Notes: generated by a model from the sequence alone, not told the origin. Shown: positions 40,726-50,095, counted from the stretch's first letter. The stretch: 64,000 bases of DNA from an uncultured Acidimicrobiia bacterium (GCA_963786955.1 CAWBAT010000005.1:1504001-1568000), one strand, 5' to 3'. Numbers and translations are program-made.

Positions 40726-42162
40726 ATGTTCACTGAGAATCAAATCGACCTTCACAACCTGTACCAGCGCTGGTCAGGGCAACCGGCCAAGAGTATTGTC
40801 CCCGTTTCCGCACATGGTTCAGGACGCCAATATTTTCGGATCCTAGGAGACCGTGAGTCTGTGATTGGCGTGCTGAATCACGACCGGAAAGAGAACGTCG
40901 CATTTATTAATCTCTCCGATCATTTCAAACGACACGGCCTGCCTGTACCCGAGATTTACAGTATGGACCTCGATCGCCACCTTTATCTGGAGCAGGACTT
41001 AGGCGATGAAACCTTGTTCTCGTTGGGAATGGCCCTTCGCGAAAGCGCCAGATTCCCTGACCGCCTGGTCGAGATGTACAAGCAAGTGCTGAACATTTTG
41101 CCCCGCTTCCAAGTTACCGCTGGTCGAGATCTCGATTATACGATCTGCTATCCTCGAGATCGGTTTGACGAACAGTCGATCCGCTGGGACTTAAACTATT
41201 TCAAGTATAACTTTTTGAAATTCGCCGAGGTCCATTTTGACGAACAGGCTCTGGAAGACGACTTCGACCGGTTCATCGATTTCTTATTGCAGACCGACCG
41301 CGAATTTTTTCTCTATCGGGACTTTCAGTCACGCAACATCATGTGGTTTCAAGACCAGCCATTTTTCATCGACTATCAAGGGGGCAGGAGAGGTGCGCTT
41401 CAATACGACGTGGCTTCTCTGCTGCTGGATTCCAAAGCGGATTTACCTTGGCCGGTTCGAGACGAACTTTTGGATTACTACATCGAGGTCGTCCGGAGTT
41501 ATATCCCGGTAAAACAGGAAGTCTTCCTGCAACACTACTATGGTTATGCATTGATCCGGATCATGCAGGCCTTGGGTGCTTACGGGTTAAGGGGTTTGTA
41601 TGAAGGCAAAGCGCACTTTTTTCGAAGTATCCCCTATGCCTTGCAAAATCTGGAAGGTCTTCTAGAGAGAGGACAGTTGCCGGTCCAGTTACCGGCGTTG
41701 ACCGATGCCTGGAACCAGCTGGTCCAATCCGCCTCATTGCGAGAACTTGGGCTCAAGTCAGGGTCGGGACTAACGGTGCATATTCAGAGTTTTTCCTACA
41801 AACGCGGTTTGCCCAGGGATAAAACCGGACATGGGGGCGGTTTCGTATTTGATTGCCGGGCTCTCCCGAATCCAGGCCGGCTCCCGATCTACGCTCCGCT
41901 GACCGGACAGGATGCAGACGTGAAGACGTATCTGGAAAAAGATTCAGATGTGCAGTCGTTTCTATGCCAAACCGAATACCTGGTCGATCAAGCGATAGAC
42001 CACCACCAAAAACGCGGATTCTCCGACCTGACGGTGGCCTTTGGCTGTACAGGCGGACAGCACCGTTCTGTGTTTTGCGCCGAACGCTTGGCGGCTCGTT
42101 TGAGCGCCAAAAAGGATGTTCAGATCGATCTCGAACATCGGGAGCTGGAACGGAAGTTATGA
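40726..42162 (+). CDS. APH/AmgK-like anomeric sugar kinase fused to a RapZ C-terminal domain
   Basis: GSGRQYFR, DLGD, YRDFQSRNIM, IDYQ, YDVASLL; C-terminal SFSYKRGLP, FDCRALPNP, GCTGGQHRSV. Confidence 0.85.
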   Translation: MFTENQIDLHNLYQRWSGQPAKSIVPVSAHGSGRQYFRILGDRESVIGVLNHDRKENVAFINLSDHFKRHGLPVPEIYSMDLDRHLYLEQDLGDETLFSLGMALRESARFPDRLVEMYKQVLNILPRFQVTAGRDLDYTICYPRDRFDEQSIRWDLNYFKYNFLKFAEVHFDEQALEDDFDRFIDFLLQTDREFFLYRDFQSRNIMWFQDQPFFIDYQGGRRGALQYDVASLLLDSKADLPWPVRDELLDYYIEVVRSYIPVKQEVFLQHYYGYALIRIMQALGAYGLRGLYEGKAHFFRSIPYALQNLEGLLERGQLPVQLPALTDAWNQLVQSASLRELGLKSGSGLTVHIQSFSYKRGLPRDKTGHGGGFVFDCRALPNPGRLPIYAPLTGQDADVKTYLEKDSDVQSFLCQTEYLVDQAIDHHQKRGFSDLTVAFGCTGGQHRSVFCAERLAARLSAKKDVQIDLEHRELERKL

Positions 42163-42929
42163 AAGCCATGATCCTGGCGGCAGGCTTGGGTACTCGCCTG
42201 CAGCCGCTGACGTTGAACCGGCCAAAGGCCTTGCTGGATGTTCAAGGGGTCCCGCTGCTCGGCTTAGTTCTTGCCCGGCTTGCCCAACACGGGTTTACCG
42301 ACATCGTGGTAAACGTCTATCACTTGGCCGATCAGATCGTTGCCTATCTGGATGAATATCAAAAAAAATCGGGTCCAGCCAGGCTGGGCCTTGCCGTATC
42401 AAGAGAGACTAATCTGCTGGATACCGGAGGGGGCGTGCAGAATGCCGCTTGGTTTTTTGGCGATGAGCAGCCGTTCTTGGTGCATAACGTGGATGTCCTC
42501 ACCGATCTTGATCTAAACCGGTTGATGGAGGCGCACCGAAGATCGGAGGCGCTTGCAACCCTGGCCGTGCGGGAACGGGAGACTACCCGCTACTTCCTGT
42601 TTGATGAAGAGGATCGCCTCTGTGGGTGGCAGTCTCTTGAATCAAACGAAACCCGTATGGCCCGATCGGTAAACGGTACACCCACACCCCTGGGCTTCAT
42701 GGGCATTCAGGTGCTCTCCCCAAAGATCTTTAAGAAACTCACAGCAGTGCCTCCATTTTCTCTCGTCGAGGCCTATCTACAACTGGCTGGTGCGGGGGAA
42801 TCGATTAAAGCGTTCCGGGCAGATGACTCACGCTGGATGGATCTGGGACGGAAGGAACATCTCGAGCAAGCTCCGTCATTATTCGGCACAGCATTTTTTG
42901 AAAACCTGAAGAATGCGGTCGGTTTTTGA
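42159..42929 (+). CDS. murU: MurU-like N-acetylmuramate-1-phosphate uridylyltransferase (NTP_transferase)
   Basis: MKAMILAAGLGTRLQPLT..PKAL, LLDTGGG, HNVD, WMDLG; ATGA overlap with the upstream kinase. Confidence 0.75.
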   Translation: MKAMILAAGLGTRLQPLTLNRPKALLDVQGVPLLGLVLARLAQHGFTDIVVNVYHLADQIVAYLDEYQKKSGPARLGLAVSRETNLLDTGGGVQNAAWFFGDEQPFLVHNVDVLTDLDLNRLMEAHRRSEALATLAVRERETTRYFLFDEEDRLCGWQSLESNETRMARSVNGTPTPLGFMGIQVLSPKIFKKLTAVPPFSLVEAYLQLAGAGESIKAFRADDSRWMDLGRKEHLEQAPSLFGTAFFENLKNAVGF

Positions 42930-43033
42930 ATCATGTGAAATCAGTCCACCCACCTCATGGACATGAAACTCCTTCCCGGTATTTCCAATAAACTCTAAGC
43001 CATACCCGGTTTCAGGGAAGGTGTGAAAAGATC

Positions 43034-43269
43034 ATAGTAACGATTTCAGTCGTTCCAGAGTCAGGTTGAAAAGAAACGACTAAAGTCGTCACTACAAACC
43101 CTCAATAAGCCCGCTCATCAATTCTTTCACGCCTCCCTTCTAGTGGAGGGGAGGAGAATTCGAACCCTCCGGGTGATGTAAAACCTGCGCAAAGGCCCAC
43201 GGAGGAAAAAACATCTCCGTGGCAACCAGCTTGAGCAGTGCCGCTGTAGCCGGGGACGCTGACCCCGGC
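43034..43269. repeat. Cluster of REP-like hairpins in a convergent intergenic region
   Basis: Inverted pair ATAGTAACGATTTCAGTCGTT (43034-54) / AACGACTAAAGTCGTCACTAC (43075-95), 17/21 identical; CTCCCTTC-tagtg-GAGGGGAG; CCACGGAG/CTCCGTGG (43197-222); GTAGCCGGGGacgctgaCCCCGGC (43246-69). Confidence 0.65.
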
Positions 43270-43352
43270 CGGCCCGAGCGGAGCAAGGAACAGCGCAGAG
43301 ATCTGGTAACAAACAGCGATAAATGAATATGGCTAAGGAAGGAAATTTTGGT

Positions 43353-44333
43353 TCACACTTGAAGCGGGTAGCGACCGTAGCGCTCACCAGCCGCGAGATA
43401 TGCACGATAGCGACGCTCGGGAATCGGGATGAGATTGTCCGGGCCGAGGATGTAGCCGCCCCCGTCGCCCAACAAGCGGAGGGAGCGTTTGACTTCTTCT
43501 TCAATTTCTTCCGCAGTGCCCTGACTCAGCGCGTAATGCGTATCCATGCCTCCCATGAACGAGAGGCGATTGCCATAGAGCTCTTTCAGTTTGGCCCGAT
43601 CGTTGGTATTAGGTTGTACCGAATCGAGCACATCCACTCCAATTTCAATGAGATCCGGCACAATCTCCATGACGTTGCCGCAGGAATGGTGAAAGAGGAT
43701 GAGACCCGCTTCCTTGGCCGCCTTGTAGATGCGGGCCAGTTCCGGCTTAATCAATTTTCGCCACATGCGCGGAGACATCAAGAGAGACGCCTGGCCGCCA
43801 TAGTCGTCCTGGCAGCGGACAGCCTCCACTCCCAGTTCGATGTATTGCTTCAAAATGCCGATATCGAAATCCGCGATGCGGCGAAGCAGAGTCTGCACCG
43901 CTTCCGGATTCTCCGCCATCGCGACCATGAGGTCTTCCATTCCTGCCAAGGCGTGAGCTCGTTCAAACAGCAAGAGCGGTAACTCTCCCGCGAGGACAAT
44001 TTGCTTGCGATCGATCCCTGAGAGCAAACCGGCCATGAGCCCCGGATCGTCCGGACCGGGGAAGGGATACTCCTCAACTTTGGAGAGGTCGGTCAATGGA
44101 TGACCCACGGCGTAGGGCTGTACCATGGGCTCCCATTCCTGGCCGGCCGGAGTGCCTCCCTCCCAACGGACACCCCAAATATCGGTACCGGCCTGGGTCA
44201 TGCGGGAACCCCGATAATAAACTTTGATCATTCCGGGGATGACGCCGTCCATCCGCCGGACGGGTACGTGATGCGGGTTAGTCCGCTGGATCGCGCGCAG
44301 CAGGTTTTCTTTTTCGGAGATTGTGTCCGGCAC
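43353..44333 (-). CDS. URO-D/MtaA-CmuA fold protein (paralogue 3)
   Basis: DIWGVRW, YPFP, LFERAH, QDDYG, HHSCGN, FMGGMDT, GGGYILGPDN. Confidence 0.85.
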   Translation of the reverse strand: MPDTISEKENLLRAIQRTNPHHVPVRRMDGVIPGMIKVYYRGSRMTQAGTDIWGVRWEGGTPAGQEWEPMVQPYAVGHPLTDLSKVEEYPFPGPDDPGLMAGLLSGIDRKQIVLAGELPLLLFERAHALAGMEDLMVAMAENPEAVQTLLRRIADFDIGILKQYIELGVEAVRCQDDYGGQASLLMSPRMWRKLIKPELARIYKAAKEAGLILFHHSCGNVMEIVPDLIEIGVDVLDSVQPNTNDRAKLKELYGNRLSFMGGMDTHYALSQGTAEEIEEEVKRSLRLLGDGGGYILGPDNLIPIPERRYRAYLAAGERYGRYPLQV

Positions 44334-44346
44334 AGGGATTTACCTC

Positions 44347-45381
44347 TCAAGGATTGATCATCACTTTATTGTGTTCGTTGGAACTCATGATCTCGACCGC
44401 TTCGTGGATGCGAGAGAGGGGAAAGCGATGCGAGATAATGCTCTCCGTATTGACAAGCCCGGTTTCCATCAGGCGGATGGCTCGGGACATCGCCAAGGGA
44501 TTCGTTCCAAAACTCGCGTCCATGCGGCCTTCGAGAAAATGGGTGTAACCGCCATCCAACTCAAACTTCTCGTGGGTAGTAATGCCAAACACATTCCATT
44601 TCGTGCCGCGGCGACGGAGATCCACCATCAACTGAACGGCCTGGATTGGTCCGGCGGCTTCTATAATCACGTCCGGACCTTTGGGGATAATGGCGTAGAT
44701 TTTCTCCTTGGCATTTTCTTTGGCAGGATTCACTGTATGTGTCGCTCCGTGATTCCGGGCATTCTCGAGCGCAAAGTCGCTGGTGTCGACGGCGATCAGG
44801 CGACCCGCTCCGGCCGCCTTCGCGACCATGAGACACAGCAAACCAATACTCCCTACCCCGATGACGACCACGTCGTCTCCAATTTTCATTTCCGTATACT
44901 GAATCAGGCCTTTCCACGAGCCGGAGAGCGGCTCGGTGAGCGCCCCCGCGTCAAAGCTGATATTGGCCGGCTTTGGAAAGAGACAGCGATCCATGGTTTT
45001 CATGTACACCGCGAAAGCTCCGGGCCAGACATCTTTCGGCCCATCGCCCCCTGTGGTGAAGGCGTGCTCGCAATAATGTGAATAGCCGCTGCGGCAGTGC
45101 TCGCAAAACCCGCATGAGCCACTGGGCATGCAGATCACTTCGTCTCCAACGCTGAACTGGGTCACGCCGGGACCCACCTCTACCACGACACCGCTGGGCT
45201 CGTGTCCGGGGATGAGGGGGAAGTTCACGTTTTTCCGAATGCCTTTGATGGCTTTGTAGTCGGTTGCGCAGAAACCACAGGACTTAATTTGAACAACCAC
45301 CTCGCCATATTTTTCGGCGTGGGGAGGCGGGACGTCTTCCAGTCTAAGCTGATTAAAATCGTGAAGTACGGCTGCGAGCAT
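44347..45381 (-). CDS. Zn-dependent medium-chain alcohol/polyol dehydrogenase
   Basis: CGFCATD, GHE, structural Zn site CGFCEHC..C, EPLS, GVGSIG. Confidence 0.92.
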   Translation of the reverse strand: MLAAVLHDFNQLRLEDVPPPHAEKYGEVVVQIKSCGFCATDYKAIKGIRKNVNFPLIPGHEPSGVVVEVGPGVTQFSVGDEVICMPSGSCGFCEHCRSGYSHYCEHAFTTGGDGPKDVWPGAFAVYMKTMDRCLFPKPANISFDAGALTEPLSGSWKGLIQYTEMKIGDDVVVIGVGSIGLLCLMVAKAAGAGRLIAVDTSDFALENARNHGATHTVNPAKENAKEKIYAIIPKGPDVIIEAAGPIQAVQLMVDLRRRGTKWNVFGITTHEKFELDGGYTHFLEGRMDASFGTNPLAMSRAIRLMETGLVNTESIISHRFPLSRIHEAVEIMSSNEHNKVMINP

Positions 45382-45408
45382 GATGAAGTCTCCTTATGAT
45401 GATGCCCT

Positions 45409-45793
45409 GGGTGCGCGGGCATCCTGCCCGCTTTTCGTCATCTAAAAACCCATTCCTAGCCCCTCTGGAGGGAAGGAATTGAAACGAGGAGGACCTGTCC
45501 CTCGATGCCACTACCCACGACAAGCGGAATCAAGCCGTTTGTTGTGGCCACCCAACTGACCCGCGTCGCGGGGATAAGGGTAGCCACGATGAATCCGCTT
45601 TCAAGATTCATCGTGGGCTTTTTTTAGACCATGAACTTGGCCAATGTTTGGAACCCACCCCTGGAGCCAAAGGCTCCGTCCCCTCCAGCGGAGGGGGATC
45701 AAAGCGAGCCCCCTCGGGAGCAAAACGGCGTCGCGAAGCTCCGCCCTCCAAAATTTGCACTCTGCCTTCTGCCTCCTGTCTGCCGCCTTCTGC
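45409..45793. repeat. Intergenic mosaic of REP-like hairpins and 7-bp repeats
   Basis: GCGGGCatcctGCCCGC (45415-31); two CCCCTC..GAGGG elements (~45460 and ~45680) resembling the 43134 element; tctgcct-type heptamers (45761-93). Confidence 0.6.
45584..45625 (+). terminator. Intrinsic-terminator-like hairpin on +, antisense to both flanking genes
   Basis: Perfect 12-bp stem CCACGATGAATC (45584-95) / GATTCATCGTGG (45605-16), then GC and T7. Confidence 0.55.
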
Positions 45794-45823
45794 ACTTCGG
45801 GGTCTGAACTCCGGACTTTTCCC

Positions 45824-46564
45824 TCATTTCGCTGTGAAGCCTCCGTCTACAATGACCGAGGAGCCAGTCATGTAGGAAGAAGCATCGGACGCCAGAAACA
45901 AGGCCACTTCGGCGACTTCTTCAGGCATTCCCAGCCGTTTGAGCATGGTCTCTTCGGCAACTTTGTGGATATTTTCCGAGCTGACGCCATTCCAGGCGGG
46001 CGTCAGGATTGGGCCCGGCAGAATCGAATTCACGCGGATGGTCGGGCTATAGTCCATCGCCAGGGATCGGGTCAGCGCCAGCAGGCCGCCTTTGGCAGCT
46101 TGATAAGGAGCATCGTTCGCGACGGCCACGATGCCCTGAATCGACGCCGTGAACACGATGGTCCCTCCTCCGCCCTTCAGCAGGTGAGGAATTGAATACT
46201 TGGCGCACAAGAAAGCGGCTCGCAGCGTCACATCGATCGTGCGCTGCCAATCCTCCAAGCTGGCTTCCACGGCTGGTTTGGCGACACGCCAGTAGGCGTT
46301 ACTGTGCAGAATATTCAAATGACCATAGGTTCTGATCGTCTCCTCCACCAACGCTTCGATCTCGGCGGGTACGGCGAGGTCCGTGTGCACAAAAATAGCC
46401 CGGCCACCGGCTTCTTGAATGGATTGCACGGTCTGCGCACCGTCTTTCTTGTTCACGTCGGCAACCACTACCGCTGCTCCTTCACGAGCAAAAAGCAGGG
46501 CCGTGGCCCGGCCAATCCCCGTTGCCGCTCCCGTGATGATGGCGACTCTATCTTTCAATCTCAT
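45824..46564 (-). CDS. Short-chain dehydrogenase/reductase (SDR)
   Basis: TGAATGIG, YQAAK, IRVNSILPG, VDGG. Start taken at ATG 46564 (MRLKDRVA). Confidence 0.92.
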   Translation of the reverse strand: MRLKDRVAIITGAATGIGRATALLFAREGAAVVVADVNKKDGAQTVQSIQEAGGRAIFVHTDLAVPAEIEALVEETIRTYGHLNILHSNAYWRVAKPAVEASLEDWQRTIDVTLRAAFLCAKYSIPHLLKGGGGTIVFTASIQGIVAVANDAPYQAAKGGLLALTRSLAMDYSPTIRVNSILPGPILTPAWNGVSSENIHKVAEETMLKRLGMPEEVAEVALFLASDASSYMTGSSVIVDGGFTAK

Positions 46565-46612
46565 GACCGACCTCATGATCTTTGAACTTCCGAACAAACG
46601 ATTCGGTAATAG

Positions 46613-47677
46613 TCACGACGTCCTCACTTCCACATGCCCGCTCGGAGAGATCCGCCAAACGCCCGAGGTGCTGTTGAAGAAAACGACTTTGAGTTCGAGT
46701 TCGAGGCTCTGCCCTGCAGCCAGGCGACGAGCCGTCCCTTTCTGGATAGCCACTTCCAGCCCTTGTCCGGGATAGCTGCTGACGGGTTCCACGGCCAGCG
46801 TGTACCACCGGCCAAAAAAGGGATAACCGAAAGTGCCATTGTATTCCTGGAAGCACCAGACATAAGGCAGCACTTCAAGGGGCCAGGTCAATCCGATGCC
46901 GAAGCCAAGCTGGGTGTTCGTGACGGCATACCAGCCTTCGGCAAGATCCGTGAAATATCCCAGCATGGTCATTTTCGCTCCCGGAGGTTGCGGACGCGCC
47001 AAATCGACAGTGTGGCCGTTCCGGTCTTCGACCTGTGGCCAGAACCAACGGCTCCCCGGACGGATTGGGTTATTCGGTGGGTCGTATCGATCATCCGCTT
47101 CATAATGGCGGGCCGGAATGTCGAGTCGGCAATGCTCGCTCACGAAAGGAGCACCAAATGCCGGATGGTGGCCCCACATAAATTCCATTTCCTCAGCCCC
47201 TTCGTTGGTGAGCCGCTCATGAATCGTCAGGATAGGAGCATCGGCTGCGAGGCTCATGAGGCGTTCCAGGTGGAAGGGCGTTCTGATCGTGTGCACATCG
47301 AAACGCGCCGCAACCTTGTGGCCGCCTTCTTCGATGATCGTATAGTTCCAGGGCAGATTAGTCACTTCTCCATGAAATGGCAACTCCGCGCCCTTGTACG
47401 GGCAGGCTGCGCCACCATTCGGAAACAACTCTTGCCAACCGCCCGGGTAGTAGTCCATCCAGGCAGCAAGAGGATCCGGCGCTGAAAAAGTGACACTCCC
47501 AGGATCTTTAATCCCCCCGGCGGCCTTCCACAAAACGTCCAGATGCTGGGGCTTATAAATCAGCCGATAGATATCGGCTCCCTTGTCTACAAGGACCGTG
47601 ACAGCCATCCACTGGTTTTCCAAGGTGACGGCGCGAAGGTCGCGAGCGAGACGCGATTCATTGATTGAGCAGTCCAT
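46613..47677 (-). CDS. Aldose 1-epimerase-like (DUF4432/galactose mutarotase fold) protein
   Basis: LEN..KGADI, GGWQELFP, FHGE, MWGHHPAF, AVEP. Confidence 0.8.
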   Translation of the reverse strand: MDCSINESRLARDLRAVTLENQWMAVTVLVDKGADIYRLIYKPQHLDVLWKAAGGIKDPGSVTFSAPDPLAAWMDYYPGGWQELFPNGGAACPYKGAELPFHGEVTNLPWNYTIIEEGGHKVAARFDVHTIRTPFHLERLMSLAADAPILTIHERLTNEGAEEMEFMWGHHPAFGAPFVSEHCRLDIPARHYEADDRYDPPNNPIRPGSRWFWPQVEDRNGHTVDLARPQPPGAKMTMLGYFTDLAEGWYAVTNTQLGFGIGLTWPLEVLPYVWCFQEYNGTFGYPFFGRWYTLAVEPVSSYPGQGLEVAIQKGTARRLAAGQSLELELKVVFFNSTSGVWRISPSGHVEVRTS

Positions 47678-47692
47678 GAAGGGCCTCCTTTT

Positions 47693-48658
47693 TTACGCTG
47701 CCTTCCAGGCGACAAGGTTGTCCTTGCGCTCCTGACGGATCAGCCCGAAGTTTTCCAAACGCTGTAAGTGTCCACTGAATGGAAAAGTGGCATCTCCCAC
47801 GCAGGACTCGGCCGGCCAATTGCCAATCCGGCTACTCAAAGTCAGGATGATCTCTTTCAACGTCAGGGTGGACCGGGCTTCGCGAATTGTTTGCAGGATG
47901 CCTTCCTCCAATCGCTGGGCGAAAAACAGACTGCCATACAGAAACTCCGTCACTTGCTTGCCACGCATCACGGGAAAGTGCCCGGTGAGCAGGGTCTCAA
48001 TAGGCAAATTCAACAGGGCCTTGATGCTGCTTAGATACGTGTCCACATAGAGATAGGTTGGAGGTAAGGTGATCCGCTGGCCTTCGGCATCCGGGACACC
48101 CTCTCCTAGGACGGCATCTCCGATGGCTGCCAAGCGATTCTTGGCGTCGTAGACACAGAGATGACCATAGGTGTGTCCGGGCACATGCAACACTTTCAGT
48201 TCCCAATCTAGTTGGAGGCGGAGCGTTTCCCCGCCTTCCAGGCCAATATCAATAGGGACTCCGGATTTACAGAATCGGCGCACCCAATCGGCTGCTTCAG
48301 GGCTGATCCCGAGCCCATGGTTAAGGTAGAACTGGTTGTAGCGTTCTTCGATCAACCGCTCGACATCCTCAATCAGCGGCACATCGAGATTGTGTGCCAT
48401 CAGGAGTGCTTGTGGCGCGAGGCGCTTTAGGGCCTGATTGCCTCCCAGATGATCTCCATCTGCATGGCTTACCAGCGCGTAATGCAACCGCCCGAGGTCG
48501 AGGCCGATGGATTTAAGATAAGGAGAGACGACGGTTTCAATGCTGGAATCCAAGCCAGTATCAAAGAGCAATACTTTTTCGCCGACAAAGAGGTATTGAT
48601 GAACAACCCGTTCCCCCATGGGCGTGCTGACGCGGTGAATATTGGGGAGGATTTCCAC
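47693..48658 (-). CDS. Metallo-beta-lactamase-fold hydrolase
   Basis: LFDTG, SHADGDH, PGHTYGH, IGDA, TGH. Confidence 0.85.
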   Translation of the reverse strand: MEILPNIHRVSTPMGERVVHQYLFVGEKVLLFDTGLDSSIETVVSPYLKSIGLDLGRLHYALVSHADGDHLGGNQALKRLAPQALLMAHNLDVPLIEDVERLIEERYNQFYLNHGLGISPEAADWVRRFCKSGVPIDIGLEGGETLRLQLDWELKVLHVPGHTYGHLCVYDAKNRLAAIGDAVLGEGVPDAEGQRITLPPTYLYVDTYLSSIKALLNLPIETLLTGHFPVMRGKQVTEFLYGSLFFAQRLEEGILQTIREARSTLTLKEIILTLSSRIGNWPAESCVGDATFPFSGHLQRLENFGLIRQERKDNLVAWKAA

Positions 48659-48678
48659 GGTTCTGCTCCTTTCACGGG

Positions 48679-49800
48679 TCAGGTCAAGAAGGATTTTGGG
48701 TGACTCTTAACCGTCTGCTCTTTGGCCAAAGATAGAATCTCATGAGCCTCCTCGATCGTCTTACCATCCAGCCAAACACAAAGCCCTCGAGACGACAGGG
48801 CCTTGAGGATCTCCTCGTACTCTTTCAAGGTGAAGTTCTCATACAAGTCCTTGCTAAGTATGAGCGCCTTGCCGTGCTCTTGAATGCGCTGCAAGACAGG
48901 GATGGCCTTATCAATTGAAATTCCAGTCGGATCCATATTGATATTGAAAGCCCTGAGATTCGGGAGATTGGCTTCCAGGATGAGATCGACGATATGGAGC
49001 GACGGGGAATGCAGGTGAAATACTGAATAGGGGAAAACCAGGGCTCGTCGGGTAGAAGCGAGAAACAGGTCCTGGTAGAAGTCCCGGGAAATCATGGTGG
49101 AAGCGTCTTCCTGATACCACACCGCGGGCTGCGGCGCCCAGATGCCGAACCAGCGTAGAACATAGCCGCTATAGAATCGAGGGACCGCATGCAGTTGAGA
49201 TTGGGCGGCATCCATCCAGGCGCTGGCTGCCATGTGCGCTAGCGTCTGAATCCTCTCAGGTTGATCGTAGAATGATAGTAAGAAAGACTCTGATCCCAGC
49301 ATGGCAAATAGGATGTCGGATGGCCCCCGGAGATGACCGACTGAAACCGGGTAGCGTCCGGCAGCATGGCGGGCCGCGGCTCTCAAGAAATCGATTGAGG
49401 TTTGCAGCCAGCGGTTATCCGGAGAGACGGAGATGCTCTGAATATTTTGAGGAGAGTGCACGGGCCTGGCCGCCATCGCACCCGTACTGGAAACGTGAAT
49501 CGGGCAACCGACCATCGCTTCCAGCCAGGGGACGCCCAACACTGGCTCAGCTGCGACAAGATAGTCGTCTCCAATTTCTTCATGCATCGCCGCCAGCCGG
49601 TCATACTCTTCCATGACGACTGCTGCGTCCACTGCGTCGGGCTCAAGGGCGCCCCCGACTAGGGTGGAACAAAACCGCTTGGTCGGGGCGTATACATCGA
49701 CCGGGACAACCAGCAACGGCCGGTCTACTTCTTCCAAATCCCAGAATTTTTGATGGCGTTCTAACAACGCCTGCATATCTCTCTGTTTCTGTGCCAACAT
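48679..49800 (-). CDS. Divergent URO-D/MetE-like TIM-barrel protein (paralogue 4)
   Basis: VDRP, PWLEAMVGC, HLRGPSDIL, QEDASTMIS, FHLH, GKAL; first gene of the minus-strand operon. Confidence 0.6.
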   Translation of the reverse strand: MLAQKQRDMQALLERHQKFWDLEEVDRPLLVVPVDVYAPTKRFCSTLVGGALEPDAVDAAVVMEEYDRLAAMHEEIGDDYLVAAEPVLGVPWLEAMVGCPIHVSSTGAMAARPVHSPQNIQSISVSPDNRWLQTSIDFLRAAARHAAGRYPVSVGHLRGPSDILFAMLGSESFLLSFYDQPERIQTLAHMAASAWMDAAQSQLHAVPRFYSGYVLRWFGIWAPQPAVWYQEDASTMISRDFYQDLFLASTRRALVFPYSVFHLHSPSLHIVDLILEANLPNLRAFNINMDPTGISIDKAIPVLQRIQEHGKALILSKDLYENFTLKEYEEILKALSSRGLCVWLDGKTIEEAHEILSLAKEQTVKSHPKSFLT

Positions 49801-50095
49801 GCCAGATCGTTTCTAGGGGACTGTTTATTGAGAACAGCAGATTGGAGTGGCCACACCAAAATCACCGTATAGAAAAGAACGGAGAGATCATTTGATCGCA
49901 AATGATTCGGCGGTCCTCCCTTGGTTAAACAATGTCAGCAATTGATGGTCCAGACCAAGTTCCGAGCCGAATGCCTCCTTGACCCTACGTAACTGATTGA
50001 AACAAAATGACCCAAGTAATCCCAGCTTTCTCCCGTGAATGGATGAATTCTCGCAATACTGGGGATATCGGCGCAGTAGCGGGGGAGGAGGAGAT

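Noticed and set aside
43141-43172. tRNA-like 3' end on the minus strand (GGAGGGTTCGAATTCTCCTCCCCTCCA)
   Set aside because: The T-stem pairs poorly, no D or anticodon arm or CCA can be built, and the segment overlaps a REP-like hairpin.
34050-49800. Calling the URO-D-fold genes hemE
   Set aside because: No RQAGR motif and no heme-pathway context.
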